From: the human T2T-CHM13v2.0 reference genome, Homo sapiens
Reading direction: 5' to 3' (one strand)
DNA length: 64,000 nucleotides
Assembly (NCBI RefSeq): GCF_009914755.1
Contig: NC_060933.1
Part shown: in pieces, positions 42,701-58,100 of the stretch
How the letters are laid out: each line of letters begins with the position of its first letter
Numbering within the stretch: the stretch's first letter is position 1
Notes under the pieces: generated by a model
Told to the model about the DNA's origin: nothing
The model's database searches: none
Seen by the model: the letters and a program-made list of their open reading frames with translations, nothing else
Program-made: the position numbers and the translations under genes

Positions 42701-45700
42701 TACTCTCCATTACATTACATTCCATTCGGGTTGTTCCATTCCATTCCATTCCATTCCACTCCATTCCATTGCAGTCGGATTGATTCCATTCCATTCCATT
42801 CCATTCCATTCCATTACATTCCGGATGATTCCATTCCATTGCATTCCGTTCCTTTACATTCCCCTGCACTCGCGTTGATTCCATTCCATTCCATTCAATT
42901 CCATTCCATTACACTTCGTTCCATTCCCTTCTATTCCGTACCATTCCATTCCATTCCATACCATTCCATTCCATTCCATTCCATTCCATTCCATTCTGTT
43001 CCATTCCGTTCCATTCCATTCCATTCCATTCTATTCGGGTTAATTCCATTCCATTCCATTCCATTCCATTCCATTCTATTCCATTCCATTGCAATCCAGT
43101 TGAATCCATTGCATTTCATTCCATTCCATTCCATTCTATTCAATTCCATTCCGTTCCATTCCATTCCATTACATTCGGATTGATTCTATTCAACTCCCTT
43201 ACTCTCCATTACATTCCATTCCATTCGGGTTGTTCCATTCCATTCCATTCCATTCCACTCCATTCCATTGCACTCGGGTTTATTCCATTCCATTCCATTC
43301 CATTCCATTCCATTCCATTCCATTCCATTCCGTTCCGTTCCATTCCATTCCATTCCATTCTATTCGGGTTAATTCCATTCCATTCCATTCCATTCCATTC
43401 CAATCGAGTTGATTCCATTCCATTCCATTCCATTCCACTCCATTCCAGTCCTTTCCATTCAATTCCACTCGGGTTGATTCCAATGTATTCCTTTCCATTC
43501 CATTCCATTCCATTGCAATCGAGTTGATTCCATTGCTTTCAATTCCATTCCATTCCATTCCATTCCGGATGATTCCATTCCATTGCATTCCATTCCATTC
43601 CATTCCCCTGCACTCGGGTTGATTCCATTCCATTCCACTGCATTCCGTTTCATTCCATTCCATTCCATTGTATTCGGGTTAATTCCATTCCATTCCATTC
43701 CATTCCATTCCATTCCATTACAATCGAGTTGATTCCATTCCATTCCATTCCATTCCAGTCCTTTCCATTCCATTCCACTCGGTTTGATTCCATTCTATTA
43801 GTTTCCATTCCATTGCATTCCCTTCCATTCCACTCTGGTTGATACCATTCCTTTCCATTCCACTCGAATACCTTCCCTCCTATTCCACTCGGAACGATTC
43901 CATTCCATTCCATTCCATTCCATTCCATTTCGTTCCATTCCATTGTATTCCGTATCATTCCATTCCATTCCATTCCATTCCATTCCATTCCATTCCATTC
44001 CATTGTACTCGGGTTGATTCAATTCCATTGCATTCCATTCCATTCCATTCCATTCCATTCCGTTGCATTCCATTCCATTACATTCGGATTGATTCTATTC
44101 AACTCCCTTACTCTCCATTACATTCCATTCCATTCGGGTTGTTCCATTCCATTCCATTCCATTCCACTTCATTCCATTGCACTCGGGTTGATTCCATTCC
44201 ATTCCATTCCATTCCATTCCGTTCCGTTCCGTTCCGTTCCGTTCCATTCCATTCCATTCCATTCTATTCGGGTTAATTCCATTCCATTCCATTCCATTCC
44301 ATTCTATTCCATTCCATTGCAATCGAGTTGAATCCATTGCATTCCATTCCATTCCATTCCATTCCATTCCATTCCATTCCGGAAGATTCCATTCCACTGC
44401 ATTCCATTCCATTCCAGTCCCCTGCACTCGCGTTTATTCCTTTCAATTCCATTCCATTCCATTCCATTCCATTCCATTCCATTCCGTTCCGTTCCATTGC
44501 ATTCCATTCCATTCCATTCCATTCCATTGCATTCCGTTCCGTTCCGTTCCATTCCATTCCATTCCATTCTATTCGGGTTAATTCCATTCCATTCCATTCG
44601 ATTGCAATCGAGTTGATTCCATTCCATTCCATTCCAATCCATTCCATTCCATTCCATTCCTTTCCATTACATTACGGATGATTCCATTCCATTGCATTCC
44701 ATTCCATTCCATTCCCCTGTACTCGGGTTGATTTCATTCCATTCCATTCCATTCCATGCCATTCCACTCGTGTTGATTCCATTCTTTCCATTCCATCCAA
44801 GTTGAATCCATTCCATTGCATTCCATTCCATTCGATTCCATTCGATTGCACTCTGGTTGATTACATTCCATTGCATTCCATTCCGTTCCGTTCCATTCCA
44901 TTACATTCGGATTGATTCTATTCAATTCCCTTACACTCCATTACATTCCATTCCATTCAGGTAGTTTCCATTCCATTCCATTCCATTCCTCTCCATTCCA
45001 TTGCACTCGGGTTGATTCCATTCCATTCCATTCCATTCCATTCCATTCCATTCCATTCCGAATGATTCCATTCCAATGAATTCCATTCCATTCCATTCCC
45101 CTGCACTTGGGTTGATTCCATTCCATTCCATTCCATTCCTTTCCGTTCCATTCCATTCCATTCAATTCCATTCCATTCTATTCGTGTTAATTCCATTCCA
45201 TTCTATTCCATTCCATTCCATTGAAATCGAGTTGATTCCATTCCATTCCATTCCATTCCATTCCATTCCGGATGATTCCATTCCATTGCATTCCATTCCA
45301 TTCCATTCCCCTGCACTCGGATTGAATACATTCCATTCCATTACATTACATTCCGTTCCACTCCATTCCATTCCATTCTATTCGGGTTAATTCCATTCCA
45401 TTCCATTCCACTCCATTCCAGTCCTTTCCGTTCCATTCCACTCGGGTTGATTCCATTCTATTACTTTCCATTCCATTCCATTCCATTGCAATCGAGTTGA
45501 TTCCATTCGAGTTGAATCCATTCCATTCCATTCCATTCCATTACATTGCACACGGGTTCATTCCATTCCATTTCATTCCATTCCATTCCATTTCATTCCA
45601 TTCCATTCTATTCCGTACCATTCCATTCCATCCCATTCCATTCCATTCCATTCCATTCCATGCCATTACACTCGGGTTGATTCCATTCCTTTCCATTCCA

Positions 45701-48286
45701 TTCTTGTTGAATCCATTCCATTCCATTCCATTCCATTCGAATCCATTCCATTGCACTCGGGTTGATTCCATTCCATTCCATTCCATTCCATTTCATTCCA
45801 TTACGTTCGGATTGATTCTATTCAATTCCTTCACACTCCATTCCATTCCATTCCATTCGGGATGTTTCCATTCCATTCCATTCCATTCCACTCCATTCCA
45901 TTGCATCGGGTTGATTGCATTCCATTCCATTCCATTCCATTCCGGATGATTCCACTCCATTGCATTCCATTCCATTCCATTCCCCTGCACTCCGGTTGAT
46001 TACATTCCATTCCATTCCCTTCCATTCCTTTCCATTCCATTCCATTCCATTGCAATCGAGTTGATTCCATTCCATTCCATTCCATTCCATTCAATTCCAT
46101 TCCATTCCGGATGATTCCATTCCATTGCATTCCATTCCATTCCATTCCCCTGCACTCGTGTTGATTACATTCCATTCCATTCCCTTCCATTCCATTCCAT
46201 TCCGGATGATTCCATTCCATTGCATTCCGTTCCATTACATTCCCCTGCACTCGTGTTGATTCCATTCCATTCCATTACATTCGATTCGATTCCATTCCAT
46301 TCCAATTCTTTCCATTCCATTCTATTCCGTACCATTCAATTCCATTCCATACAATTCCATTCCATTCCATTCCATTCCATTCCGTTCCGTTCCGTTCCGT
46401 TCCGTTCCATTGCATTCCATTCCATTCTATTCGGGTTAATTCCATTCCATTCCATTCCATTCCATTCTATTCCATTCCATTGCAATCGAGTTGAATCCAT
46501 TGCATTCCATTCCATTCCATTCCATTCCATTCCATTCCGGAAGATTCCATTCTATTGCATTCCATTCCATTCCATTCCCCTGCACTCGCGTTTATTCCTT
46601 TCAATTCCATTCCTTTCCATTCCATTCCATTCCATTCCATTCCGTTCCGTTCCATTCCATTCCATTCCATTCCATTCCATTCCATTCCGTTCCGTTCCGT
46701 TCCGTTCCGTTCCATTCCATTCCATTCCATTCTATTTGGGTTAATTCCATTCCATTCCATTCGATTGCAATCGAGTTCATTCCATTCCATTCCATTCCAT
46801 TCCATTCCATTCCATTCCATTCCATTCCTTTCCATTACATTACGGATGATTCCATTCCATTGCATTCCATTCCATTCCATTCCCCTGTACTCGGGTTGAT
46901 TTCATTCCATTCCATTCCATTCCATGCCATTCCAGTCGTGTTGATTCCATTCTTTCCATTCCATCCAAGTTGAATCCATTCCATTGCATTCCATTCCATT
47001 CGATTCCATTCGATTGCACTCGGGTTGATTACATTCCATTGCATTCCATTCCGTTCCGTTCCATTGCATTACATTCGGATTGATTCTATTCAATTCCCTT
47101 ACACTCCATTACATTCCATTCCATTCGGGTAGTTTCCATTCCATTCCATTCCATTCCTCTCCATTCCATTGCACTCGGGTTGATTCCATTCCATTCCATT
47201 CCATTCTATTCATTTCCATTCCATTCCATTCCATTGCAATCGAGTTGATTCCATTGTTTTGCATTCCATTCCATTCCATTCCATTCCAGATGATTCCATT
47301 CCATTGAATTCCATTCCATTCCATTCCCCTGCACTCGGGTTGATTCCATTCCATTCCACTCAATTCCATTCCATTCCATTCCATTCCATTGTATTCGGGT
47401 TAATTCCATTCCATTCCATTCCATTCCATTCCATTCCATTCCATTACAATCGAGTTGATTCCATTCCATTCCATTCCATTCCATTCCATTCCAGTCCTTT
47501 CCATTCCATTCCACTCGGGTTGATTCCATTCTATTAGTTTCCATTCCATTCCAATCCCTTCCATTCCACTCTGGTTGATTCCATTCCTTTCCATTCCACT
47601 CGAATACATTCCCTGCTATTCCACTCGGAACGATTCCATTCCATTCCATTCCATTCCATTCCATTCCATTCCATTCCGGTTGATTCCATTCCATTGCAAT
47701 CCATTCCATTCCATTCCCCTGCACTCGCGTTGGTTCCATTCCATTCCATTCCATTCCATTCCATTCCGTTCCGTTCCATTCAATTCCATTCCATTCCGTT
47801 CCGTTCCGTTCCGTTCCATTCCATTCCATTCTATTCGGGTTAATTCCATTCCATTCCATTCGATTGCAATCGAGTTGATTCCATTCCATTCCATTCCATT
47901 CCATTCCATTCCATTCCATTCCATTCCATTCCATTACGGATGATTCCATTCCATTGCATTACATTCCATTCCATTCCCCTGCACTCGGGTTGATTCCATT
48001 CCATTCCATTCCATTCGATTCGATTCCATTCCATTCCAATTCTTTCCATTCCATTCTATTCCGTACCATTCCATTCCATTCCATACAATTCCATTCCATT
48101 CCATTCCATTCCATTCCATTCCGTTCCGTTCCGTTCCGTTCCGTTCCATTCCATTCCATTCCATTCTATTCGGGTTAATTCTATTCCTTCCATTCCATTC
48201 CATTCCATTCTATTCCATTCCATTGCAATCGAGTTGAATCCATTGCATTCCATTCCATTCCATTCCATTCCATTCCGGAAGATTCC
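27770..48286 (+). promoter_or_regulatory. Candidate heat-shock elements (nTTCnnGAAnnTTCn) in block 3, dialect C
   Basis: aTTCnnGAAgaTTCc starting at 27770, 28633, 29742, 30112, 33805, 34618, 35293, 36765, 39441, 40785, 41654, 41914, 44376, 46534 and 48272. Confidence 0.55.
44200..47185 (+). repeat. ~0.8-kb pair (44200-45015 and ~46370-47185)
   Basis: ORF offsets of 2168 (44667/46835, 44734/46902). Private variant ttccatccaagttgaatcc at 44791 and 46959. Confidence 0.8.
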
Positions 48287-49135
48287 ATTCCATTGCATTC
48301 CATTCCATTCCATTCCCCTGCACTCACGTTTATTCCTTTCAATTCCATTCCATTCCATTCCACTCCGTTCCGCTCCTTTCCATTCCCTTCCATTCCATTC
48401 CATACCGTTCCTTTCCGTTCCGTTCCATTCCATTCCATTCCATTCTATTCGGGTTAATTCCATTCCATTCCATTCGATTGCAATCGAGTTGATTCCATTC
48501 CATTCCATTCCATTCCATTCCATTCCTTTCCATTCCATTACGGATGATTCCATTCCATTGCATTCCATTCCATTCCATTCTCCTGCACTCGGGTTGATTC
48601 CATTCCATTTCATTCCATTACATTCCATTCCATTCCATTCCATTCCATTCTATTCGGGTTAATTCCATTCCATTCCTTTAAAATTCCATTCCATTCCATT
48701 CCATTGCAATCGAGTTGATTACATTCCATTCCATTCCATTCCATTCCAATCGATTTGATTCCATTCCATTCCATTCCATTCCACTCCATTCCAGTCCTTT
48801 CCATTCCATTCCACTCGGGTTGATTCCATTCTATTCCTTTCCATTCCATTCCATTCCATTGCAATCGAGTTGATTCCTTTCGAGTTGAATCCATTCCATT
48901 CCATTCCATTCCATTACATTGCACCCGGGTTCATTCCATTCCATTCCATTCCATTCCATTCCATTCCATTCCATTCCATTCTATTCCGTACCATTCCATT
49001 CCATCCCATTCCATTCCATTCCATTCCATGCCATTACACTCGGGTTGATTCCATTCCTTTCCATTCCATTCTTGTTGAATCGATTCCATTCCATTCCATT
49101 ATATTCGAATCCATTCCATTCCATTCCATTCGAAT

Positions 49136-52100
49136 CCATTCCATTGCACTCGGTTTGATTCCATTCCATTCCATTCCATTCCATTCCATTTCATTCCATT
49201 CCCTTCCATTTCATTCGGACTGATTCTATTCAATTCCCTTACACTCCATTACATTCCATTCCATTCGGGATGTTTCCATTCCATTCCATTCCTTTCCATT
49301 CCATTGCATCGGGATCATTCCATTCCATTCCAGTCCATTCCATTCCATTCCGGATGATTCCATTCCATTGCATTAAATTCCATTCCATTCCCCTGCACTC
49401 GGGTTGATTACATTCCATTCCATTCCCTTCCATTCCTTTCCATTCCATTCCATTCCATTCTATTCGGGTTAATTCCATTCCATTCCACTCCATTCCATTC
49501 CATTCCATTCCATTCCATTCCATTCCATTCCATTGCAATCGAGTTGATTCCATTCCATTCCATTCCATTCCGTTCCGGATGATTCCATTCCATTGCATTC
49601 CATTCCATTCCATTCCCGTGCAGTCGGGTTGATTCCATTCCATTCCATTCCATTCCACTCCATTCCGTTCCGTTCCATTCCATTCCATTCCATTCCATTC
49701 TATTCGGGTTAATTCCATTCCATTCCATTCCATTCCATTCCATTCCATTCCATTCCATTCAAATTCCATTCCACTCCATTCCAATCGAGTTGATTACATT
49801 CCATTCCGTTCCATTCCATTCCACTCCATTCCAGTCTTTTCCATTCCATTCTACTCGGGTTGATTCCATTCCATTCATTTCCATTCCATTCCATTCCATT
49901 GCAATCGAGTTGATTCCATTGTTTTGCATTCCATTCCATTCCATTCCATTCCGGATGATTCCATTCCATTGCATTCCATTCCATTCCATTCCCCTGCACT
50001 CGGGTTGATTCCATTCCATTCCACTCCATTCCGTTCCATTCCATTCCATTCCATTGTATTCGGGTTAATTCCATTCCATTCCATTCCATTCCATTCCATT
50101 CCATTCCATTCCATTCCATTCCATTACAATCGAGTTGATTCCATTCCATTCCATTCCATACCATTCCATTCCATTCCATTCCATTCCATTCCATTCCGTT
50201 CCATTCCGTTCCATTCCATTCCATTCCATTCTATTCGGGTTAATTCCATTCCATTCCATTCCATTCCATTCCATTCTATTCGTGTTAATTCCATTCCATT
50301 CTATTCCATTCCATTCCATTGAAATCGAGTTGATTCCATTCCATTCCATTCCATTCCATTCCGGATGATTCCATTCCATTGCATTCCATTCCATTCCATT
50401 CCCCTGCACTCGGGTTGAATCCATTCCATTCCATTCCATGACATTCCGTTCCATTCCATTCCATTCCATTCTATTCGGGTTAATTCCATTCCATTCCATT
50501 CCACTCCATTCCAGTCCTTTGCATTCCATTCCACTCGGGTTGATTCCATTCTATTCCTTTCCATTCCATTCCATTCCATTGCAATCGATTTGATTCCTTT
50601 CGAGTTGAATCCATTCCATTCCATTCCATTCCATTCCATTACATTGCACACGTGTTCATTCCATTCCATTCCATTAAATTCCATTCCATTCCATTTCATT
50701 CCATTCCATTCTATTCCGTACCATTCCATTCCATCCCATTCCATTCCATTCCATTCCATTCCATGCCATTACACTCGGGTTGATTCCATTCCTTTCCATT
50801 CCATTCTTGTTGAATCCATTCCATTCCATTCCATTCCATTCGAATCCATTCCATTGCACTAGTGTTGATTCCATTCCATTCCATTCCATTCCATTCCATT
50901 CCATTCCATTCCATTCCATTCCGGATGATTGCATTCCATTGCATTCCATTCCATTCCATTCCCCTGCACTCGGGTTGATTCCATTCCATTTCATTCCATT
51001 ACATTCCGTTCCATTCCATTCCATTCCATTCCATTCTATTCGGGTTAATTCCATTCCATTCCTTTAAACTTCCATTCCATTCCATTCCATTGCAATCCAG
51101 TTGATTCCATTCCATTCCATTCCATTCCACTCCATTCCATTCCAATCGATTTGATTCCATTCCATTCCATTCCATTCCACTCCATTCCAGTCCTTTCCAT
51201 TCCATTCCACTCGGGTTGATTCCATTCTATTCCTTTCCATTCCATTCCATTCCATTGCAATCGAGTTGATTCCTTTCGAGTTGAATCCATTCCATTCCAT
51301 TCCATTCCATTACATTCCACACGGGTTCATTCCATTCCATTCCATTCCATTCCATTCCATTGCACTCCATTCCATTTCATTCCATTCCATTCTATTCGGT
51401 ACCATTCCATTCCATCCCATTCCATTCCATTCCATTCCATGCCATTACACTCTGTTGATTCCATTCCTTTCCATTCCATTCTTGTTGAATCCATTCCATT
51501 CCATTCCATTATATTCGAATCCATTCCATTCCATTCGAATCCATTCCATTGCACTCGGTTTGATTCCATTCCAATGCATTCCATTCCATTTCATTCCATT
51601 ACCTTCCATTTCATTCGGACTGATTCTATTCAATTCCCTTACACTCCATTACATTCCATTCCATTCGGGATGTTTCCATTCCATTCCATTCCATTCCATT
51701 CCATTCCATTCCATTGCATCGGGTTCATTCCATTCCATTCCATTCCATTCCATTCCATTCCATTCCGGATGATTCCATTCCATTGCATTCAATTCCATTC
51801 CATTCCCCTGCACTCGGGTTGATTACATTCCATTCCGTTCCCTTCCATTCCTTTCCATTCCATTCCACTCCATTGCAATCGAGTTGATTCCATTCCATTC
51901 CATTCCATTCCATTCCATTCCATTCCATTCCGGATGATTGCATTCCATTGCATTCCATTCCATTCCATTCCCCTGCACTCGGGTTGATTCCATTCCATTT
52001 CATTCCATTACATTCCGTTCCATTCCATTCCATTCCATTCTATTCGGGTTAATTCCATTCCATTCCTTTAAAATTCCATTCCATTCCATTCCATTGCAAT

Positions 52101-55100
52101 CGAGTTGATTACATTCCATTCCATTCCATTCCATTCCAATCGATTTGATTCCATTCCATTCCATTCCATTCCACTCCATTCCAGTCCTTTCCATTCCATT
52201 CCACTCGGGTTGATTCCATTCTATTCCTTTCCATTCCATTCCATTCCATTGCAATCGAGTTGATTCCTTTCGAGTTGAATCCATTCCATTCCATTCCATT
52301 CCATTACATTGCACCCGGGTTCATTCCATTCCATTCCATTCCATTCCATTCCATTCCATTCCATTCCATCCTATTCCGTACCATTCCATTCCATCCCATT
52401 CCATTCCATTCCATTCCATGCCATTACACTCGGGTTGATTCCATTCCTTTCCATTCCATTCTTGTTGTATCGATTCCATTCCATTCCATTATATTCGAAT
52501 CCATTCCATTCCATTGGAATCCATTCCATTGCACTCGGTTTGATTCCATTCCATTCCATTCCATTCCATTTCATTCCGTTCCCTTCCATTTCATTCGGAC
52601 TGATTCTATTCAATTCCCTTACACTCCATTACATTCCATTCCATTCGGGATGTTTCCATTCCATTCCATTCTATTCCATTCCATTCCATTGCATCGGGAT
52701 CATTCCATTCCATTCCATTCCATTCCATTCCATTCCATTCCATTCCGGATGATTCCATTCCATTGCATTCAATTCCATTCCATTCCCCTGCACTCGGGTT
52801 GATTACATTCCATTCCATTCCCTTCCATTCCTTTCCATTCCATTCCATTCCATTCTATTCGGGTTAATTCCATTCCATTTCACTCCATTCCATTCCATTC
52901 CATTCCATTCCATTCCATTCCATTGCAATCGAGTTGATTCCATTCCATTCCATTCCATTCCGTTCCGGATGATTCCATTCCATTGCATTCCATTCCATTC
53001 CATTCCCGTGCAGTCGGGTTGATTCCATTCCATTCCATTCCATTCCACTCCATTCCGTTCCGTTCCATTCCATTCCATTCCATTCCATTCTATTCGGGTT
53101 AATTCCATTCCATTCCATTCCATTCCATTCCATTCCATTCAAATTCCATTCCACTCCATTCCAATCGAGTTGATTACATTCCATTCCGTTCCATTCCATT
53201 CCACTCCATTCCAGTCTTTTCCATTCCATTCTACTCGGGTTGATTCCATTCCATTCATTTCCATTCCATTCCATTCCATTGCAATCGAGTTGATTCCATT
53301 GTTTTGCATTCCATTCCATTCCATTCCATTCCAGATGATTCCATTCCATTGCATTCCATTCCATTCCATTCCCCTGCACTCGGGTTGATTCCATTCCATT
53401 CCACTCCATTACGTTCCATTCCATTCCATTCCATTGTATTCGGGTTAATTCCATTCCATTCCATTCCATTCCATTCCATTCCATTCCATTCCATTACAAT
53501 CGAGTTGATTCCATTCCATTCCATTCCATACCATTCCATTCCATTCCATTCCCTTCCATTCCATTCCGTTCCATTCCGTTCCATTCCATTCCATTCCATT
53601 CTATTCGGGTTAATTCCATTCCATTCCATTCCATTCCATTCTATTCGTGTTAATTCCATTCCATTCTATTCCATTCCATTCCATTGAAATCGAGTTGATT
53701 CCATTGCATTCCATTCCATTCCATTCCGGATGATTCCATTCCATTGCATTCCATTCCATTCCATTCCCCTGCACTCGGGTTGAATCCATTCCATTCCATT
53801 CCATTACATTCCGTTCCATTCCATTCCATTCCATTCTATTCGGGTTAATTCCATTCCATTCCATTCCACTCCATTCCAGTCCTTTGCATTCCATTCCACT
53901 CGGGTTGATTCCATTCTATTCCTTTCCATTCCATTCCATTCCATTGCAATCGAGTTGATTCCATTCGAGTTGAATCCATTCCATTCCATTCCATTCCATT
54001 CCATTACATTGCACACGGGTTCATTCCATTCCATTCCATTAAATTCCATTCCATTCCATTTCATTCCATTCCATTCTATTCCGTACCATTCCATTCCATC
54101 CCATTCCATTCCATTCCATTCCATTCCATGCCATTACACTCGGGTTGATTCCATTCCTTTCCATTCCATTCTTGTTGAATCCATTCCATTCCATTCCATT
54201 CCATTCGAATCCATTCCATTGCACTAGTGTTGATTCCATTCCATTCCATTCCATTCCATTCCATTCCATTCCATTCCATTCCGGATGATTGCATGCCATT
54301 GCATTCCATTCCATTCCATTCCCCTGCACTCGGGTTGATTCCATTCCGTTTCATTCCATTACATTCCGTACCATTCCATTCCATTCCATTCCATTCTATT
54401 CGGGTTAATTCCATTCCATTCTATTAAACTTCCATTCCATTCCATTCCATTGCAATCCAGTTGATTCCATTCCATTCCATTCCATTCCACTCCATTCCAT
54501 TCCAATCGATTTGATTCCATTCCATTCCATTCCATTCCACTCCATTCCAGTCGTTTCCATTCCATTCCACTCGGGTTGATTCCATTCTATTCCTTTCCAT
54601 TCCATTCCATTCCATTGCAATCGAGTTGATTCCTTTCGAGTTGAATCCATTCCATTCCATTCCATTCCTTTACATTCCACACGGGTTCATTCCATTCCAT
54701 TCCATTCCATTCCATTCCATTGCATTCCATTCCATTTCATTCCATTCCATTCTATTCCGTACCATTCCATTCCATCCCATTCCATTCCATTCCATTCCAT
54801 GCCATTACACTCGGGTTGATTCCATTCCTTTCCATTCCATTCTTGTTGAATCCATTCCATTCCATTCCATTATATACGAATCCATTCCATTCCATTCGAA
54901 TCCATTCCATTGCACTCGGTTTGATTCCATTCCAATCCATTCCATTCCATTTCATTCCATTCCCTTCCATTTCATTCGGACTGATTCTATTCAATTCCCT
55001 TACACTCCATTACATTCCATTCCATTCGGGATGTTTCCATTCCATTCCATTCCATTCCATTCCATTCCATTCCATTGCATCGGGTTCATTCCATTCCATT

Positions 55101-58100
55101 CCATTCCATTCCATTCCATTCCATTCCATTCCATTCCATTCCGGATGATTCCATTCCATTGCATTCAATTCCATTCCATTCCCCTGCACTCGGGTTGATT
55201 ACATTCCATTCCATTCCCTTCCATTCCTTTCCATTCCATTCCATTCCATTCTATTCGGGTTAATTCCATTCCATTCCACTCCATTCCATTCCATTCCATT
55301 CCATTGCATTCCATTCCATTCCATTCCATTGCAATCGACTTGATTCCATTCCATTGCATTCCATTCCGTTCCGGATGATTCCATTCCATTGCATTCCATT
55401 CCTTTCCATTCCCGTGCAGTCGGGTTGATTCCATTCCATTCCATTCCATTCCACTCCATTCCGTTCCGTTCCATTCCATTCCATTCCATTCCATTCTATT
55501 CGGTTTAATTCCATTCCATTCCATTCCATTCAAATTCCATTCCACTCCATTCCAATCGAGTTTATTCCATTCCATTCCATTCCATTCCATTCCACTCCAT
55601 TCCAGTCCTTTCCATTCCATTCCACTCGGGTTGATTCCATTCTATTCATTTCCATTCCATTCCATTCCATTGCAATCGAGTTGATTCCATTGTTTTGCAT
55701 TCCATTCCATTCCACTCCATTCCGGATGATTCCATTCCATTGCATTCCATTCCATTCCATTCCCCTGCACTCGGGTTGATTCCATTCTATTCCACTCCAT
55801 TCCGTTCCATTCCATTCCATTGTATTCGGGTTAATTCCATTCCATTCCATTCCATTCCATTGCATTCCATTCCATTCCATTCCATTCCATTACAATCGAG
55901 TTGATTCCATTCCATTCCATTCCATACCATTCCATTCCATTCCATTCCATTCCATTCCATTCCGTTCCGTTCCATTCCGTTCCATTCCATTCCATTCCAT
56001 TCTATTCGGGTTAATTCCATTCCATTCCATTCCATTCCATTCCATTCTATTCGTGTTAATTCCATTCCATTCTATTCCATTCCATTCCATTGAAATCGAG
56101 TTGATTCCATTCCATTCCATTCCATTCCATTCCGGATGATTCCATTCCATTGCATTCCATTCCATTCCATTCCCCTGCACTCGGGTTGAATCCATTCCAT
56201 TCCATTCCATTACATTCCGTTCCATTCCATTCCATTCCATTCTATTCGGGTTAATTCCATTCCATTCCATTCCACTCCATTCCAGTCGTTTGCATTCCAT
56301 TCCACTCTGGTTGATTCCATTCTATTCCTTTCCATTCCATTCCATTCCATCGCAATCGAGTTGATTCCATTCGAGTTGAATCCATTCCATTCCATTCCAT
56401 TACATTACATTGCACACGGGTTCAATCCATTCCATTCCATTAAATTCCATTCCATTCCATTTCATTCCATTCCATTCTATTCTATTCCGTACCATTCCAT
56501 TCCATCCCATTCCATTCCATTCCATTCCATTCCATCCCATTCCATTCCATTCCATTCCATTCCATGCCATTACACTCGGGTTGATTCCATTCCTTTGCAT
56601 TCCATTCTTGTTGAATCCATTCCATTCCATTCCATTCCATTCGAATCCATTCCATTGCACTCGGGTTGATTCCATTCCATTCCATTCCATTCCATTTCAT
56701 TCCATTCCATTCCATTACATTCGGATTGATTGTATTCAATTCCCTTACACTCCATTACATTCCATTCCATTCGGGATGTTTCCATTCCATTCCATTCCAT
56801 TCCATTCCACTCCATTCCATTGCATCGGGTTGATTGCATTCCATTCCATTCCATTCCATTCCGGATGATTCCATTCAATTGCATTCCATTCAATTCCATT
56901 CCCCTGCACTGGGGTTGATTACATTCCATTCCATTCCCTTCCATTCTTTTCCATTCCATTCCACTCCATTGAAATCGAGTTGATTCCATTCCATTCCATT
57001 CCATTCCATTCCATTCCATTCCATTCCATTCCATTCCGGATGATTGTATTCCATTGCATTCCATTCCATTCCATTCCCCTGCACTCGTATTGATTCCATT
57101 CCATTTCATTCCATTACATTCCGTTCCATTCCATTCCATTCCATTCTATTCAGGTTAATTCCATTCCATTCCATTCCATTCCATTCCATTCCAATCGAGT
57201 TGATTCCATTCCATTCCATTCCATTCCAATCGATTTGATTCCATTCCATTCCATTCCATTCCACTCCATTCCAGTCCTTTGCATTCCATTCCACTCGGGT
57301 TGATTCCATTCTATTCTTTTCCATTCCATTCCATTCCATTGCAATCGAGTTGATTCCTTTCGAGTTGAATCCATTCCATTCCATTCCATTCCATTACATT
57401 GCACACGGGTTCATTCCATTCCATTCCATTCCATTCCATTCCATTCCATTCCATTCCACTCCATTTCATTCCATTCCATTCTATTCCGTACCATTCCATT
57501 CCATCCCATTCCATTCCATTCCATTCCATGCCATTACACTCGGGTTGATTCCATTCCTTTCTATTCCATTCTTGTTGAATCCATTCCATTCCATTCCATT
57601 CCATTCGAATCCATTCCATTGCACTCGGTTTGATTCCATTCCATTCCTTTCCATTCTATTTCATTCCATTCCCTTCCATTACATTCGGACTGATTCTATT
57701 CAATTCCCTTACACTCCATTACATTCCATTCCATTCGGGATGTTTCCATTCTATTCCATTCCATTCCATTCCATTCCATTGCATCGGGTTGATTCCATTC
57801 CATTCCATTCCATTCCATTCCATTCTATTCCATTCCGGATGATTCCATTCCATTGCATTCCATTCCATTCCATTCCCGTGCAGTCGGGTTGATTCCATTG
57901 CATTCCATTCCATTCCATTCCATTCCGTTCCATTCCATTCCATTCCATTCCATTCTATTCGGGTTAATTCCATTCCATTCCATTCAATTCAAATTCCATT
58001 CCACTCCATTCCAATCGAGTTGATTCCATTCCATTCCGTTCCATGTCATTCCACTCCATTCCAGTCCTTTCCATTCCATTCCACTCGGGTTTATTCCATT

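Larger units (their letters stand above)
15100..48580. repeat. Dialect C mosaic domain (~0.87-kb subunit), with A-type islands after 45020
   Basis: ORF offsets 18114/18992 (878), 23284/24157 (873) and 27548/28416 (868). Markers: caactcccttactctcc, cgggttgttcc, cattcaagttgaat, ccggaagatt, cactcgcgttg, ttacggatga. Boundaries approximate. Confidence 0.75.
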
